Positions 21,599 through 31,617 of a DNA stretch of 64,000 bases are shown in pieces. The notes beneath the pieces are model-generated. The model ran no database searches, was not told the DNA's origin, and was given only the letters and a program-made list of their open reading frames with translations. The position numbers and the translations under genes are program-made. The DNA is taken from assembly GCF_049075655.1 (NCBI RefSeq), contig NZ_CP157522.1, positions 1,376,001 through 1,440,000 of the forward strand, given 5' to 3'. Numbering within the stretch: the first letter of the stretch is position 1; each line of letters opens with the position of its first letter. The DNA is from Methanothermococcus sp. Ax23 (GTDB lineage: Archaea; AGJL01; Methanococci; Methanococcales; Methanococcaceae).

Positions 21599-24500
21599 TT
21601 AAGGTTTTTCAACCTTTACTGCTTTTCCATCCTTCCATTCTACGAATATTGGTTCTGATGGAATGTCATCCAATGTTTTGAAGTATTCTACTGCTGCTTT
21701 TGTTCCCCATCTGTCAGAACCTGCTAATAATATTACCGTATGGCCGTTTATTATCTGTTTTTGAATTACTCCTTTATTTGCACCTGGGTAATCGTTGGTG
21801 ATTTTTACTTTGAATGTCCATGCGTATTTTTTAGCCAATGGGTTTGCCACAGGACCTCCAACTAAGATACAATCTTCGGTTATTTCCAATGATTTATTTA
21901 CTAATTCGGTGGTATTTTTAAGACATTTTGCTGATAGGTTGTTATCTATTTCTGAACCGATTATTAATTTTGCATTATGGACAATTTCTTTAATTTTCTC
22001 TGATTTGATGTCCTGTGCGACATCCAGATAGTTTATAGTCCCATGTCTAGAGCTTGATGATGTTGATATTGTGGTGGTTCCAGTAGTAGTTGGCAGTGTT
22101 GCAGCAAGTATAATATTTACTTCTGGGTCTTTGATTAAGGTTAGTTCCAACACTCCCTCAACAGGTATTCTATACCACCCGATCTTGCTGGTAATATCGT
22201 TTTCTTTCAAGGTTATATTTTCTGTTCCATTATTTACGATTATATTTTCAACATCCAAAGTTCCTATTGGGATTCTTATTATTGAAAATCCTTTTTTTGA
22301 GGTGTTTATTGCTTTGAATTTTATTGTAGATATTAATTTACTATTTTCTTTTTTAGCTTCTTCTTTTGTTATGTTTGTTATGTTAAATCCTTCATTTAGG
22401 ATTGGTTTAATCTCTGACAATATATTATCAAGTGTTTTATTCATCTCGTTTTCATCGTTAATTTTAGTGTTTTTAAGTTCGATGGCTTTCTGCATCACTT
22501 CTTTTAAAGTTTCAATATGTTCTCCAGTAAAGTTTATTGATATATTTTCAAGATGAGGTATCTCAATGCTGTCATTTTTTACAGGAATTACTGTAATATT
22601 AAGGTCATTTCCAGATATTACTTTTATATTATCCAAATCAACGTTCTTCAATGCCTCGGAGTCCATATTAATATTTTTCAATGCTTCTTTTAATTCTTCC
22701 CCCATAATTGTGTTGTTTATAAATATTTTCTTAAATATATAGCCTTCACAATCTGACAATACTGCATGTTTTAGTATTGCTGAATAGGTATCATTTTCAT
22801 TAATAACTTTGAATGTTACATTTCCAAGGTTAAATGTTCCAGATTTTGTGAAGTTATAACCACTTATAAATAGGCTGCCATTATTTACGCTCCAATTAAC
22901 TATGCCAATTCCACTTACATTTAAAATTTCGATATTTTTGAAGGTTATGTTAAAATCATAACCACTACAAGGTCTTTTAGAACTTATAGATTCTGCATCA
23001 ATGGATGCTACAATGGTTCCATTAGTTTCAGATATATTATATAATTTCAAATAAACAGGCACTTCAACAACTTTTATGTTTTTAACCAGTTTATTATCGC
23101 TTTCATTTTCTTCTTTGATAGAATTGGATTCATCAACCATTGTAACGATTGTATATGTTTTTGTGTCATCTGGTGTCCAGTTAAATGTTATTACTTTTGT
23201 TTCTCCAATATTTAATCCGCCTATTGTTTTTGTTCCCAAGTCATTTGAATCTATGTATAAATGGACATCAAACGACTTATTTGTTATATTCTGATGACCA
23301 TTGTTTGTTAATGTTATGTTTATTGTTGCCGGCATCCTATATATTGATGGATTTGAAATTTTCATGTCGATGATTTTAATGTTTGGTCCCTGAACTACAA
23401 CAGTTTTTGGATTGATAATTAGATTATTAAACTTGTATCCGTTTATGTCGGACACAACGACTCCATCTATCGCAATCTCTGAGTTTCCTACGTCCAATGC
23501 CTTAAAGGTTGCTCTTGCTATGGTTGTTGATGTGTTTATACTTCCATCCATTATACTGAATATGACCTTTCCATCTTCAAATGTTGTGTTTTTAAGTCCT
23601 TCTGACGAGTTTATTAAGAATGTGAAATTTGTGCATTCCAATATTTTTGAATCATAGGTTAAAACTCCGTCAATGCCTTTTGCAGGCCTATCTGCGGTAA
23701 TATTATTTAATGATATATCTACTGTAAATGTTTCGCCTGTTTTTGTTAAATTTATTGATGGGATTAAATTTAATGCGATAGGTTCTTCAACTGATTCAGC
23801 TGTTTTTGTGTATTGGTTATTATTTTCATTAGTTTCTTTTATTTCCCCATTTGAATCAACTACTGCAACAATTGTATAGTTTTTATTTTCTGTCGGCATG
23901 AATGTGAAGTTTATGGTTTTTGTTTCACCCACATTTAATCCTGAGATAGTTTTTGTTCCAAGGTCTTGGGCATCAATATACAATGCCACTGAAAAATTAT
24001 TTGAAACGTTTCTTTCGCCGATATTTTTAATTACAATTGGTATTGTATTCTCTTGATATGATTTTAAGTTTAATACTAAAATATCATTAATTGTTAAATC
24101 TGACCCAGGAATAATTATTTTGGTAATATCTGAACTTTTAATGACACTGTAATTTTCATTATCTTTGATAGTAACATCCTTCAACTGAGTTGTAGCATTT
24201 CCAACATTTATTATATTATAAGTAATATTTACTGTGAAATTTGTTGATTTATTAAGGTTCTCTATTTTAAAGAGGTCATTTGAAGTATTAAACGAAACAA
24301 CTCCTGCATTTGATGATATACCAACTGGTGTCATTATTGATTTATCGTAGCTCAGCGTTCCACTAATTTCACTTAGGGTTTCATTTTCTTTTGGAGATAT
24401 GATTATTGGAACAGTTATATTCTCTCCGAGCTCTCCACTTACAGTCGTAGGAGTTATTATATCTGCTATTGGTTTTAATAGTATTGTTATGTTTGAATTT

Positions 24501-24937
24501 TTTAAAGTTATGTAATATTTTACCCCATTGGCATCAGATACAGAAGTTTGAGTTAAATCTACTGAATCATTTCCATCCTTTAACGCCTTAAATGATAATG
24601 TTGCTACTGTGAAGTTACCATAGGGTTCATTAGACATCCACAATAAACTTATTTTTCCAGACGAAACATCGATATCCTTCAAACCAGCATTATTTGCAAT
24701 ATCACTTAACGTAATGTTCGTTAAATTCAAAATACTTGAATCATAAGATATAGTAGTTTCAAATCCACCACATTTTGTATCAGCAGGGACATTTTTTACA
24801 ACTAAATCTAAGTTGAATGTATCTCCAACATAGGCATTTATATTGTCGGGGGCTAATCCTACGGATACATTTTCTGCATAACACACTCCCAACAAAGAAA
24901 TCATCAAAACCGAGAGTGTAAATAACTTCCATTTCAT
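21599..24937 (-). CDS. Secreted scaffoldin-like protein: ~4 cohesin-like domains, 2 CARDB domains, Thr/Ser linker, S-layer-type C-terminal domain
   Basis: Signal peptide; cohesin patterns (GDTF.LDL.V.NV...GFE..ISYD.SIL...ATLSFKAL); CARDB (N.G...VD....I.E.NE.NN); ILVGGPVANPL...LAGSDRWGTKAA tail. Confidence 0.85.
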   Translation of the reverse strand: MKWKLFTLSVLMISLLGVCYAENVSVGLAPDNINAYVGDTFNLDLVVKNVPADTKCGGFETTISYDSSILNLTNITLSDIANNAGLKDIDVSSGKISLLWMSNEPYGNFTVATLSFKALKDGNDSVDLTQTSVSDANGVKYYITLKNSNITILLKPIADIITPTTVSGELGENITVPIIISPKENETLSEISGTLSYDKSIMTPVGISSNAGVVSFNTSNDLFKIENLNKSTNFTVNITYNIINVGNATTQLKDVTIKDNENYSVIKSSDITKIIIPGSDLTINDILVLNLKSYQENTIPIVIKNIGERNVSNNFSVALYIDAQDLGTKTISGLNVGETKTINFTFMPTENKNYTIVAVVDSNGEIKETNENNNQYTKTAESVEEPIALNLIPSINLTKTGETFTVDISLNNITADRPAKGIDGVLTYDSKILECTNFTFLINSSEGLKNTTFEDGKVIFSIMDGSINTSTTIARATFKALDVGNSEIAIDGVVVSDINGYKFNNLIINPKTVVVQGPNIKIIDMKISNPSIYRMPATINITLTNNGHQNITNKSFDVHLYIDSNDLGTKTIGGLNIGETKVITFNWTPDDTKTYTIVTMVDESNSIKEENESDNKLVKNIKVVEVPVYLKLYNISETNGTIVASIDAESISSKRPCSGYDFNITFKNIEILNVSGIGIVNWSVNNGSLFISGYNFTKSGTFNLGNVTFKVINENDTYSAILKHAVLSDCEGYIFKKIFINNTIMGEELKEALKNINMDSEALKNVDLDNIKVISGNDLNITVIPVKNDSIEIPHLENISINFTGEHIETLKEVMQKAIELKNTKINDENEMNKTLDNILSEIKPILNEGFNITNITKEEAKKENSKLISTIKFKAINTSKKGFSIIRIPIGTLDVENIIVNNGTENITLKENDITSKIGWYRIPVEGVLELTLIKDPEVNIILAATLPTTTGTTTISTSSSSRHGTINYLDVAQDIKSEKIKEIVHNAKLIIGSEIDNNLSAKCLKNTTELVNKSLEITEDCILVGGPVANPLAKKYAWTFKVKITNDYPGANKGVIQKQIINGHTVILLAGSDRWGTKAAVEYFKTLDDIPSEPIFVEWKDGKAVKVEKP
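24482..24874 (-). repeat. 393-bp cohesin-coding repeat, copy A (inverted relative to 27992-28384)
   Basis: Direct nucleotide comparison, including a 164-bp identical tract. Confidence 0.95.
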
Positions 24938-24975
24938 GATGTATCACCCAAAAAATCAAAAAATAATTAATTAAT

Positions 24976-26337
24976 TCAATTTGCAGTATATGCTGTTGCT
25001 GTTCCCGTATCTGGGTCATATTTAAGGAAGTAATGTGTAGTTCTTCCGCTGAATGCATCTGGGTGTATGATTGTTCCCAAATCCATCAACACCTGGTCAG
25101 TATTCATAAGTCCGAGTTGCCAGTAATCTTCACTTATACAGAATAATTTACCATTTTGAACTGATTTAAATGTGTCATATCCGGGATGGTCATCTTTGAA
25201 GTTTGATAGCCAGTTTGTATTTGATGGCACGACCCAAATATCAGCATTTTTTGCTCTCTCTGCAAATGTTTCATAGTCAATCTTTGCACTGCCTGTTCCA
25301 GGATAATCGCTAAATATATAATCCCCATGGCAGTCATCCATTATTCCCTTAGCTACATAGGATTGAGCCTTAGGCACATAGGTTCCACCATAGGATGGGT
25401 AATTTTTACCCCATGCAACTAGAACAGGTTCTTTACCTCTTGTTAATCTTCTAACATTTAATGCCTTCTTTTCAACCTTTGTGAAGTATTTGCTTGCCAC
25501 ATCCTCTTTGTTGTAAAATGCGGCAAACATCTTAACCCATTCACATCTTGAGATATATGAGTCTTCTAAATATTCTGCATCCGCAATATAGGTAATATTC
25601 AAATCTTTACATTTTGCAATAATGGCATCTCCACTGTATCCAGGATAAACGAATACAGCCTGTGGAGATATGTTTATTATTTTGTCATAGTTTGGACTGT
25701 ATGATGAACCAACATCAACTATGGAGCCGTTATCAAGCCCCTGTTTAATATCGTCGAAATACCACGTGTAGCTTCCGCCCCACATGATTCCTTTAACTGA
25801 ATCAATTACTGAACCGTCATTGTTCAATGGCTCCATTAATGCTATCTGTGTAGAGCTCATCACAACGACATTTGTTAATGGAACATCTAGGATTTTATCA
25901 TACTTTCCATCCGCCCAGGTTGGTATGGATTGAGATGCATTTTTTAATAAGAATTTCTGCCCTGTGGCATCTTCAACTATTTTATAGGAGTATGCATCGC
26001 CGTTGTATGGATTTACTTCATTTCCATTTTCGTCATAGTAAGTAATTTTTATGTCTTTGGCGTAGTGAATAGGTTCTCTCATTTTATCATAGTTTTTGAA
26101 GAGATAAACTACATCTGCAATATCTATTGAATTATCAGCGTTTAAATCTCCATCTTCAAGGTCGAGATTTCTATTTTTGAAGAGATAAACTACATCTGCA
26201 ATATCTATTGAACCATCTGCATTTACATCGCCTAATCTATGGTTGTAATCCCCATCTGCGAATGTTGGGGAAATACATATTAATAAAGATAATACACTAA
26301 GTATTATCATGGGATGAGTATTTATATTTTTCGACAT
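24976..26337 (-). CDS. Dockerin-bearing ABC-type solute-binding protein (Fe-chelate/cobalamin class)
   Basis: Signal peptide, duplicated EF-hand-like GD.N.D.SIDIADVVYL, BtuF/FepB-like body (R.EWVK.FAAF, DLGTIIHP). Confidence 0.87.
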   Translation of the reverse strand: MSKNINTHPMIILSVLSLLICISPTFADGDYNHRLGDVNADGSIDIADVVYLFKNRNLDLEDGDLNADNSIDIADVVYLFKNYDKMREPIHYAKDIKITYYDENGNEVNPYNGDAYSYKIVEDATGQKFLLKNASQSIPTWADGKYDKILDVPLTNVVVMSSTQIALMEPLNNDGSVIDSVKGIMWGGSYTWYFDDIKQGLDNGSIVDVGSSYSPNYDKIINISPQAVFVYPGYSGDAIIAKCKDLNITYIADAEYLEDSYISRCEWVKMFAAFYNKEDVASKYFTKVEKKALNVRRLTRGKEPVLVAWGKNYPSYGGTYVPKAQSYVAKGIMDDCHGDYIFSDYPGTGSAKIDYETFAERAKNADIWVVPSNTNWLSNFKDDHPGYDTFKSVQNGKLFCISEDYWQLGLMNTDQVLMDLGTIIHPDAFSGRTTHYFLKYDPDTGTATAYTAN

Positions 26338-26495
26338 ATTACATCACCCAAAAAGTTTTTAAAGTAATATTCTAATCATATATTGTATTTTATTTAATAT
26401 TATACAAGAAAAGTTTAAAAAAATTCATAATATTTATATATTACGGTTTAATTTATAATATATAAACATATGTTTAATATACTAAAAAATATTAT

Positions 26496-27068
26496 ATGAG
26501 TGGCGATATTATGAAAAAAACTGTATTTTTTATTACCATATTCCTTCTATCAATCCCAATAGTATTGGCAGATGATGTAAATCTAAATGTAGATATGCCC
26601 AACAAGGTTAGTAAAGGAGATAATTTTACCATTAATATAGATGTTAATTTAAAAAATAAGGACATATTAGGTTTTGAATGCACAGTGAAAATTCCTATCG
26701 AAAAAGTTGATGATATAAAAATAACAGGCATTGCAGGAAATGAAGAACTAAAAAAAGAAGCAGGGAAATTTTACGAAATTAAAAAGAAAGATTCATCAGT
26801 ATCTATAAGATTTACCACTTTTGGAAAGCCATTAAATTCAGATTTTCATTTAATGACTATAAATGCAACAGCTTTAAAAGAAGGTAATGTGACATTTACA
26901 TTTAAATCGATAGCATCTGATGAAAATGGACATAGGATTCCAGTTGATAAAAAAACTACCGATTTGATAATAGTTGATAACAACAAAACAGTTGAATCCG
27001 ATGAAAATTTTTTATTATCAATAATTGATGCCATAACGAATTTTTTAAAATCCATACTTGGTGGTTAA
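26496..27068 (+). CDS. Single cohesin-like exported protein with C-terminal amphipathic/anchor helix
   Basis: Signal peptide; V.KGDNFTINI.V...ILGFE...ALKEG...ASDENG. Confidence 0.75.
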   Translation: MSGDIMKKTVFFITIFLLSIPIVLADDVNLNVDMPNKVSKGDNFTINIDVNLKNKDILGFECTVKIPIEKVDDIKITGIAGNEELKKEAGKFYEIKKKDSSVSIRFTTFGKPLNSDFHLMTINATALKEGNVTFTFKSIASDENGHRIPVDKKTTDLIIVDNNKTVESDENFLLSIIDAITNFLKSILGG

Positions 27069-27938
27069 ATGAAAATAAATAAATTATTAATTATACCTAT
27101 TTTTTTGATATTATTTACTGAAAATTTTGCATTGGATGATATCATTGTGAAATTAACCCCTGATAACATAGAAACTAATGGAGATTTGGTAAATTTTAAT
27201 ATTACAGTTGAAAATATACCTCCAAAGGAAAGTTTAGGCATGCCATCATCATATAGTGACTCAGAAATAAAAGACGGTGGATGTCAAGGCGTGGATATTT
27301 GTATAAATTATTCGAAGGATTATCTAAGCCCCATTGGATTTAATTGGAGCGATAAGTGTAAGGATGTTAAAATAAAGGAATATAAATTCGAAGATGGAAT
27401 TTTTTATTTATCCATAATGTTTGATGAGATAATATATGATAATACCATAAACCTCGGGACAATAACCTTTAACCCCATAAAAAAAGGAGAAACTAACTTG
27501 AATGTTAGTGGTAAGGTGAGCTCCGAATGGGGCGTTAAATATGATAGTGATAATATGTATTGGCGTAACTATGGTGAAACATCACAATATAAAGAGCCTT
27601 ATCCTAACACTAAATTTTATGGCGCCACAGTAAATATTAAGGAAATAGGAAATTACACAGGTTCTGCTAATTTAAATGGAGAATTGAATGACAATATAGT
27701 TTCATCATCTTCGTCTTCATCGACAATAATTAACAATGTAAATGTAATCACAAACCAAAGTGTGCCTGAAATTATTGTAAAGGAAATAAATATTTCAGAG
27801 GAGAAGCCGAATATAACGGTTATAATAAACACTGATGGAAAAAATGGTTTAGATTATAATTTATTAGCGTCTATTTTTGTTGGAGGTATTTTTTCAGGAA
27901 TTACATTTGGATTATTATTTAGAAGGATGATACCATGA
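27069..27938 (+). CDS. Cohesin-like exported protein with Ser-rich linker and C-terminal TM helix
   Basis: FNITVENIP..GCQGVDI.INY...LGTITF...KGET; poly-Ser; terminal TM helix followed by RR. Confidence 0.75.
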   Translation: MKINKLLIIPIFLILFTENFALDDIIVKLTPDNIETNGDLVNFNITVENIPPKESLGMPSSYSDSEIKDGGCQGVDICINYSKDYLSPIGFNWSDKCKDVKIKEYKFEDGIFYLSIMFDEIIYDNTINLGTITFNPIKKGETNLNVSGKVSSEWGVKYDSDNMYWRNYGETSQYKEPYPNTKFYGATVNIKEIGNYTGSANLNGELNDNIVSSSSSSSTIINNVNVITNQSVPEIIVKEINISEEKPNITVIINTDGKNGLDYNLLASIFVGGIFSGITFGLLFRRMIP

Positions 27939-30016
27939 AATACATAATTTTATTTTTATCCTTTTTTGTTTTTCTATCAGGAGTATGTGGTGAAAATGTA
28001 TCCGTAGAATTGACCCCAGAGAGTATAAATGCCTATGTTGGAGATACCTTTAATTTAGATTTAGTTGTAAAAAATGTCCCTGCTGATACAAAATGTGGTG
28101 GATTTGAAACTACTATATCTTATGATTCAAGTATTTTGAATTTAACGAACATTACGTTAAGTGGTACATCCAATACTGCAAATTTAAAAACAGTAGATGT
28201 TTCATCTGGAAAAATAAGTCTATTGTGGATGTCTAATGAACCCTATGGTAACTTCACAGTAGCAACATTATCATTTAAGGCGTTAAAGGATGGAAATGAT
28301 TCAGTAGATTTAACTCAAACTTCTGTATCTGATGCCAATGGGGTAAAATATTACATAACTTTAAAAAATTCAAACATAACAATAAATCCATTAAACCAGA
28401 CCTTAGGAACCATTACATTAAAAGATTTTGACCTGAATAAAAATATTGATGCAGTTTTATCCATAACTGGGGCAAAAACTCCTATAAAGAATATTTCAGG
28501 TAGCATTTCATTTAAAAATATAACAATAGAAAACAGCCCTACCCTAATGGACATATTTTGTAATAATTTCAGCTATACCATATATAATAACAATATTTCA
28601 TTTTTTATCATTCCAAATGAAAAGGATGAGAATAAAACCATATTCAATCTTTTAAAAATACCAGTAAATGTCAATAATGCTAACTATAACATTTCAATGA
28701 ATTTAACGATAAATGGAGAGCAGATTAAGAACATAACAATAAAAACAGAAGAAGAACAGGAAAATATCTCAGAGTATAAGGGATTAATGTTCTACGTAGA
28801 TTCTGGATACAATGAAGAAACAAATATCTCAATAGGCTACTCAAAAGAAATTAAGTTAAAAGTATGCAATATTGACAAAAATTTGACAAATTTTTCAGGA
28901 TATCTCTTCATAAATAATTCATTATTTGATGTTTCAGATTATGGAATTTCAGAATATTCTGACATATATGATAGAATAAACACTTCAAATATTACCTTTA
29001 ATAACAGCTACCTGTATTTCAACATTTCACTAATAAACGGAACAAATGGGACATTTAGTATTTTAAAGTTTAAATTGTCTCCAAAGATTAATGAAAATAT
29101 TTCTTCAATAATATATCTTGAAAATCTATCTATATACGCAAATGATACAAAAATAAACTTATCAGTTAAAAATTTAACAGTAAATATTGTAAAGAGGGAA
29201 TCCAATAATCCACCAAAATTAAAAATAGCCTACAAAATAGTTAATAACAAAGAAGTGCATTTTTATGCCTTAGGTTATGATGAGGATAACGACGATTTAA
29301 AATATGTATGGGATTTTGGAGATGGGAAAAACTCAACAGAGGAAAATCCAATTCATATATATTCAAATTATTCAATATATAAAATAAGATGTATTGTTAA
29401 TGACCCATTAAATGGAACAGACGAAGTGGAAGGAATTATCTCCATTAAAAATATTAATCCAGTAAATTATACAATTTCCAATGATTCCTTCATGCTGGAC
29501 AAGGAAAATGAAAATAAAACCATTTATTTAAATATAACCTTAAAAAATCCATTAAATTATAAAGTTGATGGGTATATCAATTTTATGGATTACGGAAATA
29601 ATTATCATCCGCCAAAAACCCAGTATCACATTATATTAAATCCAAATGGAACAAAAAATCTTATTATTCCAATAAATGTGTCAAAATCATGCAAAATTAA
29701 ATGGAATGTTGTTTATTATCCAAATATACGAAATAACGCAAACAGCAAAATAGATATCATATTCTATCAGTGGGATTTTGAAAAAAAGATAGAATTTAAA
29801 TCCAAACCACCGATGGTAATAAACAATTATACAAAAGTCATAAACTTCAACAATACAAAGGTAATATTGAAGGTAAATAAAGTTGAGACCGTTAGGAACT
29901 ATGTTATAAACAAAACCATAACAACTACAAGTCAAAACTCTATACCATACTATTCATTTGCGTTATTATTTGGATTTATAGTGGGAGTAATATTAATTAG
30001 ATTTAAAATTAAATAA
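27935..30016 (+). CDS. Membrane-anchored multi-cohesin/PKD protein
   Basis: First domain nearly identical to cohesin 1 of 21599-24937; PKD motif YVWDFGDG...NP.H.Y; C-terminal TM helix. Confidence 0.85.
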   Translation: MKYIILFLSFFVFLSGVCGENVSVELTPESINAYVGDTFNLDLVVKNVPADTKCGGFETTISYDSSILNLTNITLSGTSNTANLKTVDVSSGKISLLWMSNEPYGNFTVATLSFKALKDGNDSVDLTQTSVSDANGVKYYITLKNSNITINPLNQTLGTITLKDFDLNKNIDAVLSITGAKTPIKNISGSISFKNITIENSPTLMDIFCNNFSYTIYNNNISFFIIPNEKDENKTIFNLLKIPVNVNNANYNISMNLTINGEQIKNITIKTEEEQENISEYKGLMFYVDSGYNEETNISIGYSKEIKLKVCNIDKNLTNFSGYLFINNSLFDVSDYGISEYSDIYDRINTSNITFNNSYLYFNISLINGTNGTFSILKFKLSPKINENISSIIYLENLSIYANDTKINLSVKNLTVNIVKRESNNPPKLKIAYKIVNNKEVHFYALGYDEDNDDLKYVWDFGDGKNSTEENPIHIYSNYSIYKIRCIVNDPLNGTDEVEGIISIKNINPVNYTISNDSFMLDKENENKTIYLNITLKNPLNYKVDGYINFMDYGNNYHPPKTQYHIILNPNGTKNLIIPINVSKSCKIKWNVVYYPNIRNNANSKIDIIFYQWDFEKKIEFKSKPPMVINNYTKVINFNNTKVILKVNKVETVRNYVINKTITTTSQNSIPYYSFALLFGFIVGVILIRFKIK
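27992..28384 (+). repeat. 393-bp cohesin-coding repeat, copy B
   Basis: Reverse complement of 24482-24874 apart from one divergent patch and scattered changes near the 5' end. Confidence 0.95.
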
Positions 30017-30207
30017 TTATTTTTTAATATTTTTTATACATACTCAAATATTAATTAAATAAAAATAATTTTTTTAATATATTTAATACCAGTTTAATAA
30101 TTATTTAAAATTGAATGGTAAATTTTAAATACTATTTTAATTACTATAATATTACTATAATATAAATATTTAATTAATTATTACCAATTAGATAAAAAGG
30201 TGTTATT

Positions 30208-31473
30208 ATGAAGAGAATATTAATACTCTCTATTTTGACATTAATATCGCTGATTCCCGCAACAATGGGAGCAGAAATAGGAGATGTAAATAACGATGGT
30301 TCAATAGATATTGCAGATGTGGTTTATCTGTTCAAGAACAGAAACCTTGACCTTGAAGATGGAGATTTGAACTGCGATAATTCCATAGATATTGCAGATG
30401 TGGTTTATCTCTTCAAAAACTACGATACATTTAGAAGTCCAGTTGTATTTGCTAAAACATTTAAATTAGAGCCGCACTGGGATGAAGGATATTGTTATAT
30501 GGAAGATTCAAAAGGATACAAATTTGTTTTATTAAAAGAAGGTGCAACACCACCAAATATTCCTGATGCAAAGGTAATCACAACACCAGTGAAAAGCATA
30601 GATACTATATTTTACTGCCCAATTGTTTCAACAGCTGATGTATTAAACGATTCCTCATGCTATGATACAATAAAAGGAGTTCCGAGCTCCGTCTTGAAAT
30701 ATTCATCGGAGCTCACAAAAAGATACGACGAAGGTAAGGTTGCAAATATTGGTACATCATCCAGTATGAATTATGAAGTAGTAGTTAATACAACTCCTGA
30801 TATTGTATTCTTAGGAGATTGGTCGTCCCATGACACAATGGAAGCTAAATTGAAAGAATTGGGAATTACTGTATCAAGGTTCTACACATATGATGAACCA
30901 ACATTCTTAGGAAGGATAGAGTGGGTGAAATATGCCGCTGCCTTCTGGGGAGAAGACAAATACAACAAAACAAACGATTACTTCCAAAGTGCATGGAAGA
31001 AGAAGAACGAGTTGTTAAGGACAACAAGAAACGCAAAAGACTACCCAAAAGTTGTTAATTTCTGGAAATATAGCGATACAAGCACGCCAAGTATTCCACA
31101 GGCTCAAAATTTTTACAGTAAGTTAATAAATGATTTCAGAGGAGATTATGCATTTAATGACATACCTGGAACAGGTTCTGAAAAATTAGATACTGAAACA
31201 TTTATGGAAAGGGCAACGAATGCTGATGTTGTCATATTAAGACAGTGTAGTGATATAAAAACAAAAGAAGACTTATTGGCTAAATATCCAACATCAGGCT
31301 TTGAAAACTTCAATGCGTATAAAAATGGAAGATTCTATGTTTCAAAACCTGATTATTATATATGGGAAGCAAAAGACCCGATTGGATATATGGAGGACTA
31401 TGCCAAGATGGTTCATCCAGAATTATTCCCTAATGGAGATAGTGATTTAAAATACTACATTAAGCTTCAATAA
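30208..31473 (+). CDS. Second dockerin-bearing ABC-type solute-binding protein
   Basis: Near-identical dockerin (GDVNNDGSIDIADVVYLFKN...); EPT.LGRIEWVK, MEDYAKMVHPELF. Confidence 0.87.
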   Translation: MKRILILSILTLISLIPATMGAEIGDVNNDGSIDIADVVYLFKNRNLDLEDGDLNCDNSIDIADVVYLFKNYDTFRSPVVFAKTFKLEPHWDEGYCYMEDSKGYKFVLLKEGATPPNIPDAKVITTPVKSIDTIFYCPIVSTADVLNDSSCYDTIKGVPSSVLKYSSELTKRYDEGKVANIGTSSSMNYEVVVNTTPDIVFLGDWSSHDTMEAKLKELGITVSRFYTYDEPTFLGRIEWVKYAAAFWGEDKYNKTNDYFQSAWKKKNELLRTTRNAKDYPKVVNFWKYSDTSTPSIPQAQNFYSKLINDFRGDYAFNDIPGTGSEKLDTETFMERATNADVVILRQCSDIKTKEDLLAKYPTSGFENFNAYKNGRFYVSKPDYYIWEAKDPIGYMEDYAKMVHPELFPNGDSDLKYYIKLQ

Positions 31474-31617
31474 ATCTTTATTTTATTAAATAAAATGAAA
31501 TTATTTTTTATTTCTATTTCTATTTTTTACTATTTCATTTTGTTTTTATATGTTTAAACATAATTTTTTTATATATAGTTTAAAATAAATAATTTTATAG
31601 ACTTATAACGTGGAATA

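Noticed and set aside
30110-30190. GTAAAT-N15-AATTAC and tandem TTACTATAATA as a NikR-like operator upstream of the second binding protein
   Set aside because: The region is extremely AT-rich and no matching motif was found in the 26340-26495 divergent promoter.
21599-31473. Interpretation as a true polysaccharide-degrading cellulosome
   Set aside because: No glycoside hydrolase or carbohydrate-binding module recognised; the only dockerin cargo in the window is solute-binding proteins.
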